From Candidatus Latescibacterota bacterium (lineage in GTDB: Bacteria; Latescibacterota; UBA2968; UBA8231), in assembly GCA_965204725.1 (NCBI GenBank), contig OZ242005.1:3008001-3072000 (forward strand): DNA of 64,000 nucleotides, written 5' to 3'. Positions 7,351 through 16,125 of this stretch are shown here, piece after piece. A model generated the notes under the pieces. It did not search any database. It had not been told where the DNA came from and worked only from the letters and a program-made list of their open reading frames with translations. The position numbers and the translations under genes are program-made. The first letter of the stretch is position 1, and the number at the start of each line of letters is the position of its first letter.

Positions 7351-9483
7351 TTAAGTCTCCCGCTCAATGTTGACGATACTTCTGCCATCGGCCCCAATGA
7401 TCGCCGCGAGCACCGCTTCATTCTCGCGCTCCAACGTTAGGATGTCGGCGCGAATTTCGCTGCGGGAGCGCAGCGGTTGCGGCTTGTAAAAATGCCGGGT
7501 GAAGCTGATCTCGTAGCCGATCTTGACGCTCGCTGGGTCGTACCAAGCGTCCGGCGCGTAGGGCAGCACCTCGCGGCGCAAGAAGCCCTCAACGCCGCCC
7601 TCGGCGAGCAACGGCACCTGTTCGGCATCGCGTAACTCGCTGTCCGGCTCGTATTCGACTACACACGGCCGATCGTTCACCGTCGTTTCGACCAAGCCGC
7701 GAAGTGGAACCGGCTTGCCCGGCCGGTGCGTCTTTTTGACGACCGGCTCGGCAGCCTCGTCGCGGAACGCCAGCACCGTTTGCAGCAGTTTCTTGCGCTT
7801 GGCCGTCAGGTTGACGCCGCGTCTGACCGCATCCACAAACAGGTTGAAATCGCGGTGCGGCCCGTCGCCGAGGGTGGTCGCTATTCGCTCAACGGCCTCA
7901 GCGAGCGATTCTTCGCCCACTTCCTCGCAGGCAGCGCGAAAGCGCGCGAGATGCTCCGACGACAACTCGACGGCAAGCCGCAAAGGTCGCTCAACCGTTA
8001 CGCGCCAGTAGCCAAAGGCCCGGTTGGGAAAAATTTTCGAGTGCTCGCTTTCTTCAAAGGCGAGAAACGCATCGCAGACGCGGCCGATGTCGTCCTCGGA
8101 CAACGCGCAATTCTTATTGCCGAGATTCTTACGCAACGGACTAAACCACTCGGTGGCGTCGATGAGCTGCACCTTGCCCTGCCGATGCGCCGGCTTGCGG
8201 TTGGTCAGCACCCAGATATAGGTGGCGATGCCGGTGTTGTAGAACATGTTGAGCGGCAGGGCGACAATGGCCTCCAGATAGTCGTTTTCGATGATCCAGC
8301 GGCGGATGTTGCTCTCGCCCTGCCCGGCGTCGCCGGTGAACAGGGAACTGCCGTTGTGGACCTCGGCAATGCGGCTGCCGAGCGCGGTGTCGCGCTTCAT
8401 CTTGCTCAGCATGTTGGCGAGGAACAGCATCTGGCCGTCGCTGGAGCGGGTGAGCAGGGAATAGTTCGGATCGCCGGCGTGCTGGATGATGAAGCGCGGG
8501 TCCGCCACACCGCGCTTGCCGCCCAAGCGGTCGAGGTCTTGCTTCCAACTCTTGCCGTAGGGCGGATTGCTGAGCATAAAATCGAACTGGTGGGATGGGA
8601 AAGCGTCGTTGGCGAGGGTCGAGTGTTCCGGGCCGCCGACGATGTTGTCCGCCGCGCTGCCCTCGCCCTTGAGTAACAAATCGGCCTTGCAAATCGCGTA
8701 GGTCTCGGCGTTGATCTCTTGGCCGTAGAGATGCGTGGATACGTTCTTGCCGCGTGCTCGGGCGAGTTCCTGCAGGGTTTCCTCGGCCACGGTCAGCATG
8801 CCGCCGGTGCCGAGCGCACCGTCGTAGAGCAGATACGTGCTCGACTCAATGGCGTCGGCGACCGGCAGGAAGATGAGATTGGCCATCAGCTTGACCGCGT
8901 CGCGCGGGGTCCAGTGTTCGCCGGCCTCCTCGTTGTTCTCCTCGTTGAACCGCCGCACCAACTCCTCGAAAATCGTGCCCATGGCGTGGTTGTCGAGGCC
9001 GGGATGCCTCTCGACCGGATAGGGGCTGAGGTTGATCTCCGGCGACAAAAATTTCTCGATGAGCGCGCCGAGCACGTCCGCGTCGGACAAGCGCGGAATC
9101 TGGTTGCGAAACTCGAAGTTCTTCAAGATGTCCTGCACATTGGACGAAAACCCGTCCAAGTAGATCTCAAAGTCGGCGCGGAGTTGCTGCCGAGTCGCCC
9201 GGGCGCGGAGGTCGCGCAACGTGAATTGGGACGCATTGTAAAAGGCATGTCCCGCGGCCTGCTTGAGGGCCGCTTCCTGTTCGACAATGCCTTGGTCGTT
9301 GAGCCGGGCCTGCATGGCGAGCACGGCTTGCTTGGTCGGTTCGAGCACCGCGTCCAGCCGCCGAATCACCGTCATGGGCAAAATGATGTCGCGGTACTTG
9401 CCGCGCACATAGAGGTCGCGCAGCACATCGTCGGCAATGCCCCAAATAAAGTTGGGAATGCGATTGAGTTGGCTGTTTTGCAT
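7351..9483 (-). CDS. hsdM: Type I RM N6-adenine methyltransferase subunit
   Basis: NFIWGIADDVLRD N-terminus, GEHWTPRD, YDGALGTGGML (SAM binding), NPPY catalytic motif. Confidence 0.97.
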   Translation of the reverse strand: MQNSQLNRIPNFIWGIADDVLRDLYVRGKYRDIILPMTVIRRLDAVLEPTKQAVLAMQARLNDQGIVEQEAALKQAAGHAFYNASQFTLRDLRARATRQQLRADFEIYLDGFSSNVQDILKNFEFRNQIPRLSDADVLGALIEKFLSPEINLSPYPVERHPGLDNHAMGTIFEELVRRFNEENNEEAGEHWTPRDAVKLMANLIFLPVADAIESSTYLLYDGALGTGGMLTVAEETLQELARARGKNVSTHLYGQEINAETYAICKADLLLKGEGSAADNIVGGPEHSTLANDAFPSHQFDFMLSNPPYGKSWKQDLDRLGGKRGVADPRFIIQHAGDPNYSLLTRSSDGQMLFLANMLSKMKRDTALGSRIAEVHNGSSLFTGDAGQGESNIRRWIIENDYLEAIVALPLNMFYNTGIATYIWVLTNRKPAHRQGKVQLIDATEWFSPLRKNLGNKNCALSEDDIGRVCDAFLAFEESEHSKIFPNRAFGYWRVTVERPLRLAVELSSEHLARFRAACEEVGEESLAEAVERIATTLGDGPHRDFNLFVDAVRRGVNLTAKRKKLLQTVLAFRDEAAEPVVKKTHRPGKPVPLRGLVETTVNDRPCVVEYEPDSELRDAEQVPLLAEGGVEGFLRREVLPYAPDAWYDPASVKIGYEISFTRHFYKPQPLRSRSEIRADILTLERENEAVLAAIIGADGRSIVNIERET

Positions 9484-9503
9484 GGGTCGTCCTTGGGTGG
9501 ATG

Positions 9504-12485
9504 CTATCGGTAGGTCAGTTCAAACACGCTAGCGGCCAGCCAGCGTTTGAACGCTGCGTTGTCCGAGTATTGCTTGTAGAGTTCGGTGTCGTCGGCAAGC
9601 AGGTCGGTGATTGCTTTCTCCAAGGCCCGGTCGTGCTCGATGCGGGTGTTCTGTGCGTCTGCGTGTTGTCGGGCGTTGCGATAGGCAGGGTCCGCCTCGA
9701 CCCGTTGCGGTACGTCCTCGGTGATCATCCGGCGGATGCGGTCGGCATCGGTCCACGGAATGTCGCCGAACAGGTCGTTAAATTCCCGCAGAATGTTGGA
9801 GAGCCGGTCCATCTCAGGCTCAGGTTGGAACCCGCCGCCGCTGGCCGGCACCGGCTCGATTTCGGCGTCCTCGTCGGGCAGCAGGATGTGCATAGTTGCC
9901 TGCTTCTCGGCGCGATAGCTATCCATGTCGATAGCATTCTCAATGCCCAGCGATAGGTCCTCGGCCGCGGGCGTCGGCAGCTTGGGAATGAGCAAGGTCA
10001 GAAAAATGGACAGCTTCTCCCAATCGGCATTTGCGTAGGGCAGCACCTGCGACAGGAAGTTGTATGCGCGGGTGAAGGCTTTGGCTTGGCCCTTGAAATC
10101 GACCTGCCCGTCTTCGTCGAGGTCGCGGCGATAGGTATGCACGCACTCATCCAAGATGGGGTCGAGGGCGGCGCGGTCGTCGCCGTTCAAATAGGCCGCG
10201 ACCAGCGCATCGACTTGCTCGGCGGAATAGACCTGTTGGTCGTCGAGCGTGGACTTGAGATCGTGCAGTTTGTCCGGGTCGGTTTCGTCCGCCAAGATGG
10301 TGGTGCGGTAATACGCGGCAAAGGCGTCTTTGATGGCATCGGCGTCGTTGTGGAAATCGAGCACAAACGTATCGCGCTTGGCGGGATGGGCGCGGTTGAG
10401 GCGCGACAGGGTCTGCACCGCCCGGATGCCGGACAAGACCTTATCGACATACATGGTATGCAGCAGCGGCTCGTCGTAGCCAGTCTGGAACTTGTCCGCA
10501 CAGACGAGAAACCGATAGGGGTCTTGCTGAATTTTGCGGGCGATCTGCGACGACGGAAATCCGTTCAACCGCGCTTCGCTCACCTGCTCGCCGCCGAGTT
10601 CGACCTCGCCGGAAAAGGCCACGATGGCCTTGTGTGGACTGTTGCGCTCGGCGAGATAGTCGCAGATGGCGCGATAGTACGCTATCGCCACCTCAATGCC
10701 GCCGGTGACGACCATGGCCCGCGCCTGTCCGTCGATTTTGCGTGGGGCCAGTACCTGCTCGTGGAAGTGATCGACGATGATCTCGGCTTTGAGGCGGATG
10801 GCCCGGCTGTGGGTCTCCACATAGCGGATGAGCTTTTTGTGCGCCTTGTTGGCGTCGAACTCCGGGTCGTCGACTGTGGTCTTGGCGAGGCGGTAGTAGC
10901 TCGTTACCGGCGTGTAATGCCCGAGCACGTCCAAGATGAACCCCTCTTGGATGGCCTGCTTCATCGCATAGCTGTGGAAGGGCCGATGCCGGACCGCGCC
11001 ATCGGGCTGCGGCGCGGGTGTGCCGAACAACTCCAGCGTCTTGTTCTTGGGCGTGGCGGTGAAGGCGAAGTAGCTGGCGTTGGCGAGCAGACGCCGCTGT
11101 TCGATAATGCGATTGATTTGGTCCTCAAATGTATCGTCCGCGTCCGCGTCATGCTCCCCCAAAACCCGCGCCATGGCCGAGGCCGTGCGCCCGCCTTGGC
11201 TGGAGTGGGCTTCGTCAATGACGATGGCAAAGCGACGGCCTTGATGGTCTTTGTCGATTTCGTCCAAGATGAACGGGAACTTTTGCACGGTAGAGATGAT
11301 GACTTTCTTGCCCTCGCCGATAAAGCGGCGCAAATCGCCGGCATTTTCCGCATGGCCCACGGTTGCCCCCACTTGCGCGAACTGCCGGATGGTGTCGTTG
11401 ATCTGCCGGTCCAAGATAATGCGGTCGGTTACGACGATGATGGAGTCAAAGACCGGCCGGCCGCCCTTTTCCAAGCCGATGAGCCGGTGCGCCAACCACG
11501 CGATGGAGTTGGACTTGCCGCTGCCGGCCGAGTGCTGGATGAGATAGCGTTGCCCAACGCCGTGCTCGGCGACCGAGTCCAACAGTTTCCGCACCACGTC
11601 CAATTGGTGATAGCGCGGCCAGATTTGCGTCTTGGTCTTGCGCCCGGTCTCAGGGGCGGTGGACTCTATCAGCAGGGCGTAGTTTTCCACAATGTCGGTC
11701 AGGCTTCGCCGGGTCAGCACGTCGCGCCACAAATAATCGGTCTTGATGCCGTTGGGGTTGGGCGGGTTACCGGTGCCGTCGTTCCAGCCCTTGTTGAACG
11801 GCAGGAACCACGACGCCTTGCCGTTGAGGTGCGTACAGAACAGCACTTCGAGGTCATCCACGGCGAAGTGGACCATGCAGCGACCGAGGCGGAAGAGCTC
11901 CTCTTTGGGGTCGCGGTCGCGTTTGTATTGTTCGACCGCATCGGCGGCGGTCTGTTTGGTGAGGCTGTTTTTCAACTCAAAGGTCGCCACCGGCAGGCCG
12001 TTGATGAACAGCGCGAGATCGAGGGTCAGCCGCTTGTTGGCGTTGCTGTACGACAATTGGCGCGTGACCGAAAAGCGGTTTTGCTCGTATAGGGCTGCCG
12101 CCTGTGGGTTGCCCGGTGAGGGGGTGCCATACAAGAGCGCGATGGCGTGCGGCCCGTGTTTGACGCCGTTGCGGAGGACTTCGACGATGCCGCGCTTGCC
12201 GACTTCGTTTTTCAGGCGGGCGAGGAACTTGCGGCGCGTCGGGCTGTCCGCGTCCAAAGCCAGCGCGGCGGCCAAGCGCGGCTGTGTGGTCTTGAGGAAG
12301 GCGGTCAACTGGGCTAAGTCTATGCAGTGCTCGCGGTCGTAGTCGGCGGAGTGGCCGTTGAGCCAACCGGCTTCATAGGTGGCCGGGCGTTCCCGTACAT
12401 CAGCGGCATCCGGCGCGTCGGCCCGGTGGGTCAGCAGCGCGCAGATGCGCTGTTCTAGGCCGCGTTCGGTGGTGTCGGTGGTCAT
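9504..12485 (-). CDS. hsdR: Type I RM restriction/motor subunit
   Basis: DLALFINGLPVATFELKN nuclease motif, HSAGSGKS Walker A, DEAH box, FTATP, QTLSRLNR; GGAG RBS 6 nt before ATG 12485. Confidence 0.97.
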   Translation of the reverse strand: MTTDTTERGLEQRICALLTHRADAPDAADVRERPATYEAGWLNGHSADYDREHCIDLAQLTAFLKTTQPRLAAALALDADSPTRRKFLARLKNEVGKRGIVEVLRNGVKHGPHAIALLYGTPSPGNPQAAALYEQNRFSVTRQLSYSNANKRLTLDLALFINGLPVATFELKNSLTKQTAADAVEQYKRDRDPKEELFRLGRCMVHFAVDDLEVLFCTHLNGKASWFLPFNKGWNDGTGNPPNPNGIKTDYLWRDVLTRRSLTDIVENYALLIESTAPETGRKTKTQIWPRYHQLDVVRKLLDSVAEHGVGQRYLIQHSAGSGKSNSIAWLAHRLIGLEKGGRPVFDSIIVVTDRIILDRQINDTIRQFAQVGATVGHAENAGDLRRFIGEGKKVIISTVQKFPFILDEIDKDHQGRRFAIVIDEAHSSQGGRTASAMARVLGEHDADADDTFEDQINRIIEQRRLLANASYFAFTATPKNKTLELFGTPAPQPDGAVRHRPFHSYAMKQAIQEGFILDVLGHYTPVTSYYRLAKTTVDDPEFDANKAHKKLIRYVETHSRAIRLKAEIIVDHFHEQVLAPRKIDGQARAMVVTGGIEVAIAYYRAICDYLAERNSPHKAIVAFSGEVELGGEQVSEARLNGFPSSQIARKIQQDPYRFLVCADKFQTGYDEPLLHTMYVDKVLSGIRAVQTLSRLNRAHPAKRDTFVLDFHNDADAIKDAFAAYYRTTILADETDPDKLHDLKSTLDDQQVYSAEQVDALVAAYLNGDDRAALDPILDECVHTYRRDLDEDGQVDFKGQAKAFTRAYNFLSQVLPYANADWEKLSIFLTLLIPKLPTPAAEDLSLGIENAIDMDSYRAEKQATMHILLPDEDAEIEPVPASGGGFQPEPEMDRLSNILREFNDLFGDIPWTDADRIRRMITEDVPQRVEADPAYRNARQHADAQNTRIEHDRALEKAITDLLADDTELYKQYSDNAAFKRWLAASVFELTYR

Positions 12486-12496
12486 GGACAACTCCA

Positions 12497-12573
12497 GTCA
12501 AGTACCCGTCAAGTAATATAATTGATGCAGATTGGTGAATCCTTTAATAGATCCTTTACTAAATCCTTTAATA
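12497..12573. repeat. Short direct repeats upstream of hsdR (2x GTCAAGTA; 3x 12-bp (A/G)ATCCTTTA(A/C)TA)
   Basis: gtcaagta at 12497 and 12508; aatcctttaata / gatcctttacta / aatcctttaata at 12538-12573, in an AT-rich intergenic region. Confidence 0.8.
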
Positions 12574-12684
12574 GACTCTCCGAAATGTCTAAAACTTATT
12601 AAAGAGTAAAAGTGTTGTAAAAACAGAGACTTGCGGAGATTTGGCAGACGCGAGTCAGTGTTTGCTGTCCCCTTTCCTTTAATT

Positions 12685-14403
12685 TTATTCATCAAATATC
12701 TCTTCCGGTTGCGCTTTCGCGGGTATCCATGCAGGTTGGGTACGCGTACCTCGATTGACGATCTGACCGGAGCGACGCAATGCCTGCATTAAATTCTGAA
12801 CCTGCCACCGCTTCTGCACATCCGTCAGTCGGTCGGGCAACTTGGGTATCAGGGCCTGATCGATCTCTTTGCGGCTGACCGGCCCGTGCTCGCGCACCAA
12901 AGCTACGATCAGATCTAAGTAGTACTGCTTGTCGAACCCGCGTTCTCGGATGTGGCGACCGGCCTCGCCCGTCGCCTTGGCGACCAATCCGGCGACCATC
13001 AGGTTGGGATAACGGCCCTCGACAAGGCCGTCGGCCTTCAGATGACGATGCTCTTCCCGGCTGATGGACAGGCCCTTTTGCACCCGGTCGAGGAGCATGG
13101 CTCGGTCGAGGTCCAAATCGGTCCGTTCCATCAAGAGGTGGGTGTAACGCTCGTCGAGGATGCGGCCGTGGAGGCTCACGGCTACGCGGCTCGTCTCCGT
13201 CTCGGTCAAATCGTAGTCCGGCAGTGGGAAGGAACGCTTCCTCTGCGTGTCAAACATGCGCTTGATACCACCGCCCTGCGTGTCAATCAGGTTCAGTTCG
13301 ACCATCGCACGCGCCAAGAACGGGTTGCGGTAGATCGCTTGGGGAGCGTCCTGCCGGATGACCGTTGCGACATCGCCGGGCAGGAAATCACCGACGTTGG
13401 TCATCAGGATGCGGTCGGGGAACTCAACGACGACGATCCGGCCTCGGAGGCGATAGTCTTGGTGCGCGATGCTGTTGTGCAGGGCCTCGCGGATCACCCA
13501 CGGGTCGTACTGGGTGAACTCCTGTGGGAACAGGGTTCCGTTGGGCAGGGCGCGCACGGTGAGGTTGCGAATGCGTTGCAGCAGGCGATCGCCAGCGAGC
13601 AAGAACGGCGGCTCAATATGCTCGTAATCCAATTCGCGGTTGTGGGCATCTTTGAGCACCCAAGAGATTCGGGCCACTGCCGGCACCAGCAGGGCCGACG
13701 ATTCGGGCTGTCCCAGCAACAGCAGCGCGGCGTTTGTCAGTGCCCCCTGCCATAGCACCCGCGCCTTGTTGAGAAACGTCGTGTCGTCCCACCCCTCAAT
13801 TTCGGCCGCCTGCGACGGATGTCTGACGATGAACTGCTCGCGTGCTTTGGCTATGGCTTCGGGGTCGAGGTCGTCGAGACCCGCTTGTTCGCACACTTCC
13901 GCAGACCAGTCGCTCCCGTGCGTCCAAATCGCCCGCGCTTTCTCGGGATGATTGCTGAGTTTGGTTTTGCTGGTGCCGACCCGAATGTACGCCGTTCCGT
14001 AAAAATTGACCGGCTGATCCCGCGCCGGACCGACCTCAAAGACGACGACCCGTCCGGCTGGGTAATCGACGATACGTAGCTCGAATCCCGTATTGGGATG
14101 CAGGCCGGCCGCAAGCCACAGCAGCAGGTCTTGGTTGCCCTTCGCCTTGGTGTTGCGGGGATCAAAATCTGTGCCGACGACTTCGTGTGTCTCGTCGTCA
14201 ATTCCGAAGATCAGATAGCCCGCCGGTTGATCGGCGAGGCAGGCCGAGTTCGCAAGCGCGGACAGATATTCTCCGAGTTGCTCGGGTTCGTAGCGATTGC
14301 GCTTGAACTCCAACCATTCCGTCTCCGTCGGCTGACCGCGCAACTGGTCGATACGTACGGCGTTCATGTCGCGGCTACCTTTGAAAGCTATTGCGGCGGT
14401 CAT
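12685..14403 (-). CDS. AlbA_2 (Schlafen-like) domain plus HATPase_c_4/RecG-C-like domain plus C-terminal HTH
   Basis: ETEWLEFK...SALAN...GYLIFGIDD (AlbA_2) and REALHNSIAHQDY...YRNPFLA...IDTQGGG; ATG 14403 overlaps the darG stop (ATGA). An alternative start lies at 14367. Confidence 0.8.
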   Translation of the reverse strand: MTAAIAFKGSRDMNAVRIDQLRGQPTETEWLEFKRNRYEPEQLGEYLSALANSACLADQPAGYLIFGIDDETHEVVGTDFDPRNTKAKGNQDLLLWLAAGLHPNTGFELRIVDYPAGRVVVFEVGPARDQPVNFYGTAYIRVGTSKTKLSNHPEKARAIWTHGSDWSAEVCEQAGLDDLDPEAIAKAREQFIVRHPSQAAEIEGWDDTTFLNKARVLWQGALTNAALLLLGQPESSALLVPAVARISWVLKDAHNRELDYEHIEPPFLLAGDRLLQRIRNLTVRALPNGTLFPQEFTQYDPWVIREALHNSIAHQDYRLRGRIVVVEFPDRILMTNVGDFLPGDVATVIRQDAPQAIYRNPFLARAMVELNLIDTQGGGIKRMFDTQRKRSFPLPDYDLTETETSRVAVSLHGRILDERYTHLLMERTDLDLDRAMLLDRVQKGLSISREEHRHLKADGLVEGRYPNLMVAGLVAKATGEAGRHIRERGFDKQYYLDLIVALVREHGPVSRKEIDQALIPKLPDRLTDVQKRWQVQNLMQALRRSGQIVNRGTRTQPAWIPAKAQPEEIFDE

Positions 14404-15458
14404 GGGGTATGGGGTGAGCGGAGGTCCTCTATCCAGTTCTTCTCGGCGAGCACATTGAGGGCAATGTCGAGTTGTCGGGGAGTGAACTGTCTCTTTCGCT
14501 CGTTCCACATATATGTTCGCTCGGCGACCTCGGCAAGGGTCGATGCCTGCTCTTCGCGGACGACCCAATGGACGGTGGCCAGCAATTCCAAGCCAAAGGA
14601 CGACTCGAATCCCTCGACGAGGGCGGCCACCCTTTCAAAGCGGGCGGGCGTTTGGGGCGCGTCCGCGAGAAAGGTGTGTGCATCCTCAAGCGCACCCGGT
14701 ACGAGTTCCAATTCTTTGTGGGGTGCATCGCCTCCGTCTGCGTAACCGGACACAAAGTGCCCTTCAATGGCATGCAAGACGTGCCGGAGGTTTTCGGCGT
14801 AAGGTCCGTAAGGACCTTTGGCGAATCGCAGTCTCAACGGCTCGCCAGCAGTCTGCATGAAGTACATGAGCTTGTGTACTTCCAGCAGGGTAATGAATGG
14901 ATCCAGCAGACCGCGTAGGTAGCGGTCCATTAGCCCGATAAGCGCGGCCCGTCCTGCTGTCATTTCCGGGACCTCGCGCGAACGATTGGCCCTTTGATCT
15001 ACTGGGCCGCTAGGCTCAAATACGACGACCTTCACATCGTCAAATTTCTCCAAAGCCGCCTGCACACGCCTGCGTACTTCCGGCCACTCCAAGCCGCCTA
15101 GTCCGCTGCCAAGCGGGGGGATGGCAATGGAGCGGATGCCCCGCGTTCGTATTTCCGTTGCGAGCGATACCAAGCCGGCTTCGATGTCCTCCATGCGGCT
15201 TTTGCCCCGCCAGTGCCGTTTGGTGGGAAAGTTGATGATGTAATGGGGATTGGTAAGTTGCCCGGTCTCAAAGACGAACACCTGTCCCGGCCGCATTTCG
15301 TCGCGCTTACACCGGGTGGCATAGGCTTTGAAATTTTCGGGAAAGGCTCGCTTGAACTGTAGCGCGATGCCGCGCCCCATGACCCCGACGCAGTTGACGG
15401 TGTTGACCAGAGCTTCGGCATCTTCCGCGAGGATGTCGCCGGTCTTGTATTTGATCAT
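14400..15458 (-). CDS. darG: DarG macrodomain antitoxin (DNA ADP-ribosyl glycohydrolase)
   Basis: GDIL...ALVNTVNCVGVMGRGIALQFK, INFPTKRHW, PPLGSGLGGL; C-terminal KLMYFMQ...GPY...LELLATVHW; AGGAG RBS. Confidence 0.93.
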   Translation of the reverse strand: MIKYKTGDILAEDAEALVNTVNCVGVMGRGIALQFKRAFPENFKAYATRCKRDEMRPGQVFVFETGQLTNPHYIINFPTKRHWRGKSRMEDIEAGLVSLATEIRTRGIRSIAIPPLGSGLGGLEWPEVRRRVQAALEKFDDVKVVVFEPSGPVDQRANRSREVPEMTAGRAALIGLMDRYLRGLLDPFITLLEVHKLMYFMQTAGEPLRLRFAKGPYGPYAENLRHVLHAIEGHFVSGYADGGDAPHKELELVPGALEDAHTFLADAPQTPARFERVAALVEGFESSFGLELLATVHWVVREEQASTLAEVAERTYMWNERKRQFTPRQLDIALNVLAEKNWIEDLRSPHTP

Positions 15459-15477
15459 GGTTGTTCTCCTTTTGCGG

Positions 15478-16122
15478 TCAATAATACCAATCGGGCTTGA
15501 TTTCGACGAGTGGTTTATGGGCGGCGGTCCCAAGACCCGCCATGACCTGTTGATAAACCCGTTGCGACAGGACGCCGATGCGCGAGATCAGTGCCCAAGG
15601 AAATAGTTGCTCAATTAAAAATTCTGCCTGTTTGCCTTCCTTACACTGCCGCCAGTCGGTGGCTTGCACTGCATTCCAGTTGATTTCGTCCAACTGCTTC
15701 AAGTCGCACAGGTCCTCAAAGTAAGAGGTGCCAGCATTCGAAAGCGTAAATGCCCAACGCTTACCATGTTTCTTTGCCCAAGCAACGGTTTGATACAAGT
15801 CTGCCTCCAGATGGACGATAGGGCCTTGCCCGCCGCAATAGGTCAATTCTGGGTGGTTCCTTTGGGAAATCACGTAGAGCATAATAGAGCGCGGACAGAA
15901 GTAGAATGGCACACAGTCGCCTACGCACAGGTCTGGATGACTGCTCAAAGGATTCGTGAGGCGGCGTTGCTTGATGTTGTACATGCCAATCGTGGTGCCG
16001 GGAGGTTGGCGTCTGAGTATCTCCGCGTCGCACCAGATATAGTTGTCTGCAATAATGGATTTGAGCCGGTCCACATGAACAATATGGTATATCTTTGGCT
16101 GACGGGGCACCTGCATCGTCAA
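15478..16122 (-). CDS. darT: DarT ssDNA ADP-ribosyltransferase toxin (DUF4433)
   Basis: IYHIVH, IKQRR, VPFYFCPRSIMLY and KQAEFL (catalytic Glu); directly upstream of darG. Confidence 0.93.
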   Translation of the reverse strand: MTMQVPRQPKIYHIVHVDRLKSIIADNYIWCDAEILRRQPPGTTIGMYNIKQRRLTNPLSSHPDLCVGDCVPFYFCPRSIMLYVISQRNHPELTYCGGQGPIVHLEADLYQTVAWAKKHGKRWAFTLSNAGTSYFEDLCDLKQLDEINWNAVQATDWRQCKEGKQAEFLIEQLFPWALISRIGVLSQRVYQQVMAGLGTAAHKPLVEIKPDWYY

Positions 16123-16125
16123 ATC

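Larger units (their letters stand above)
4128..7368. repeat. Tandem duplication of a ~1.65-kb unit (ATPase-nuclease gene plus ~20 bp leader)
   Basis: 4128-5720 and 5773-7368 are near-identical, including the leader gtttaagtctcccg(t/c)tcaatg. Confidence 0.95.

Noticed and set aside
10086-12092. 668-aa plus-strand ORF, and similar long antisense ORFs at 4044-5222, 7726-8676 and 25689-26687
   Set aside because: Shadow frames opposite clear genes in GC-rich DNA; no motifs.
12498-12695. 65-aa ORF upstream of hsdR
   Set aside because: AT-rich, built from short repeats, no motif; more likely a regulatory intergenic region.
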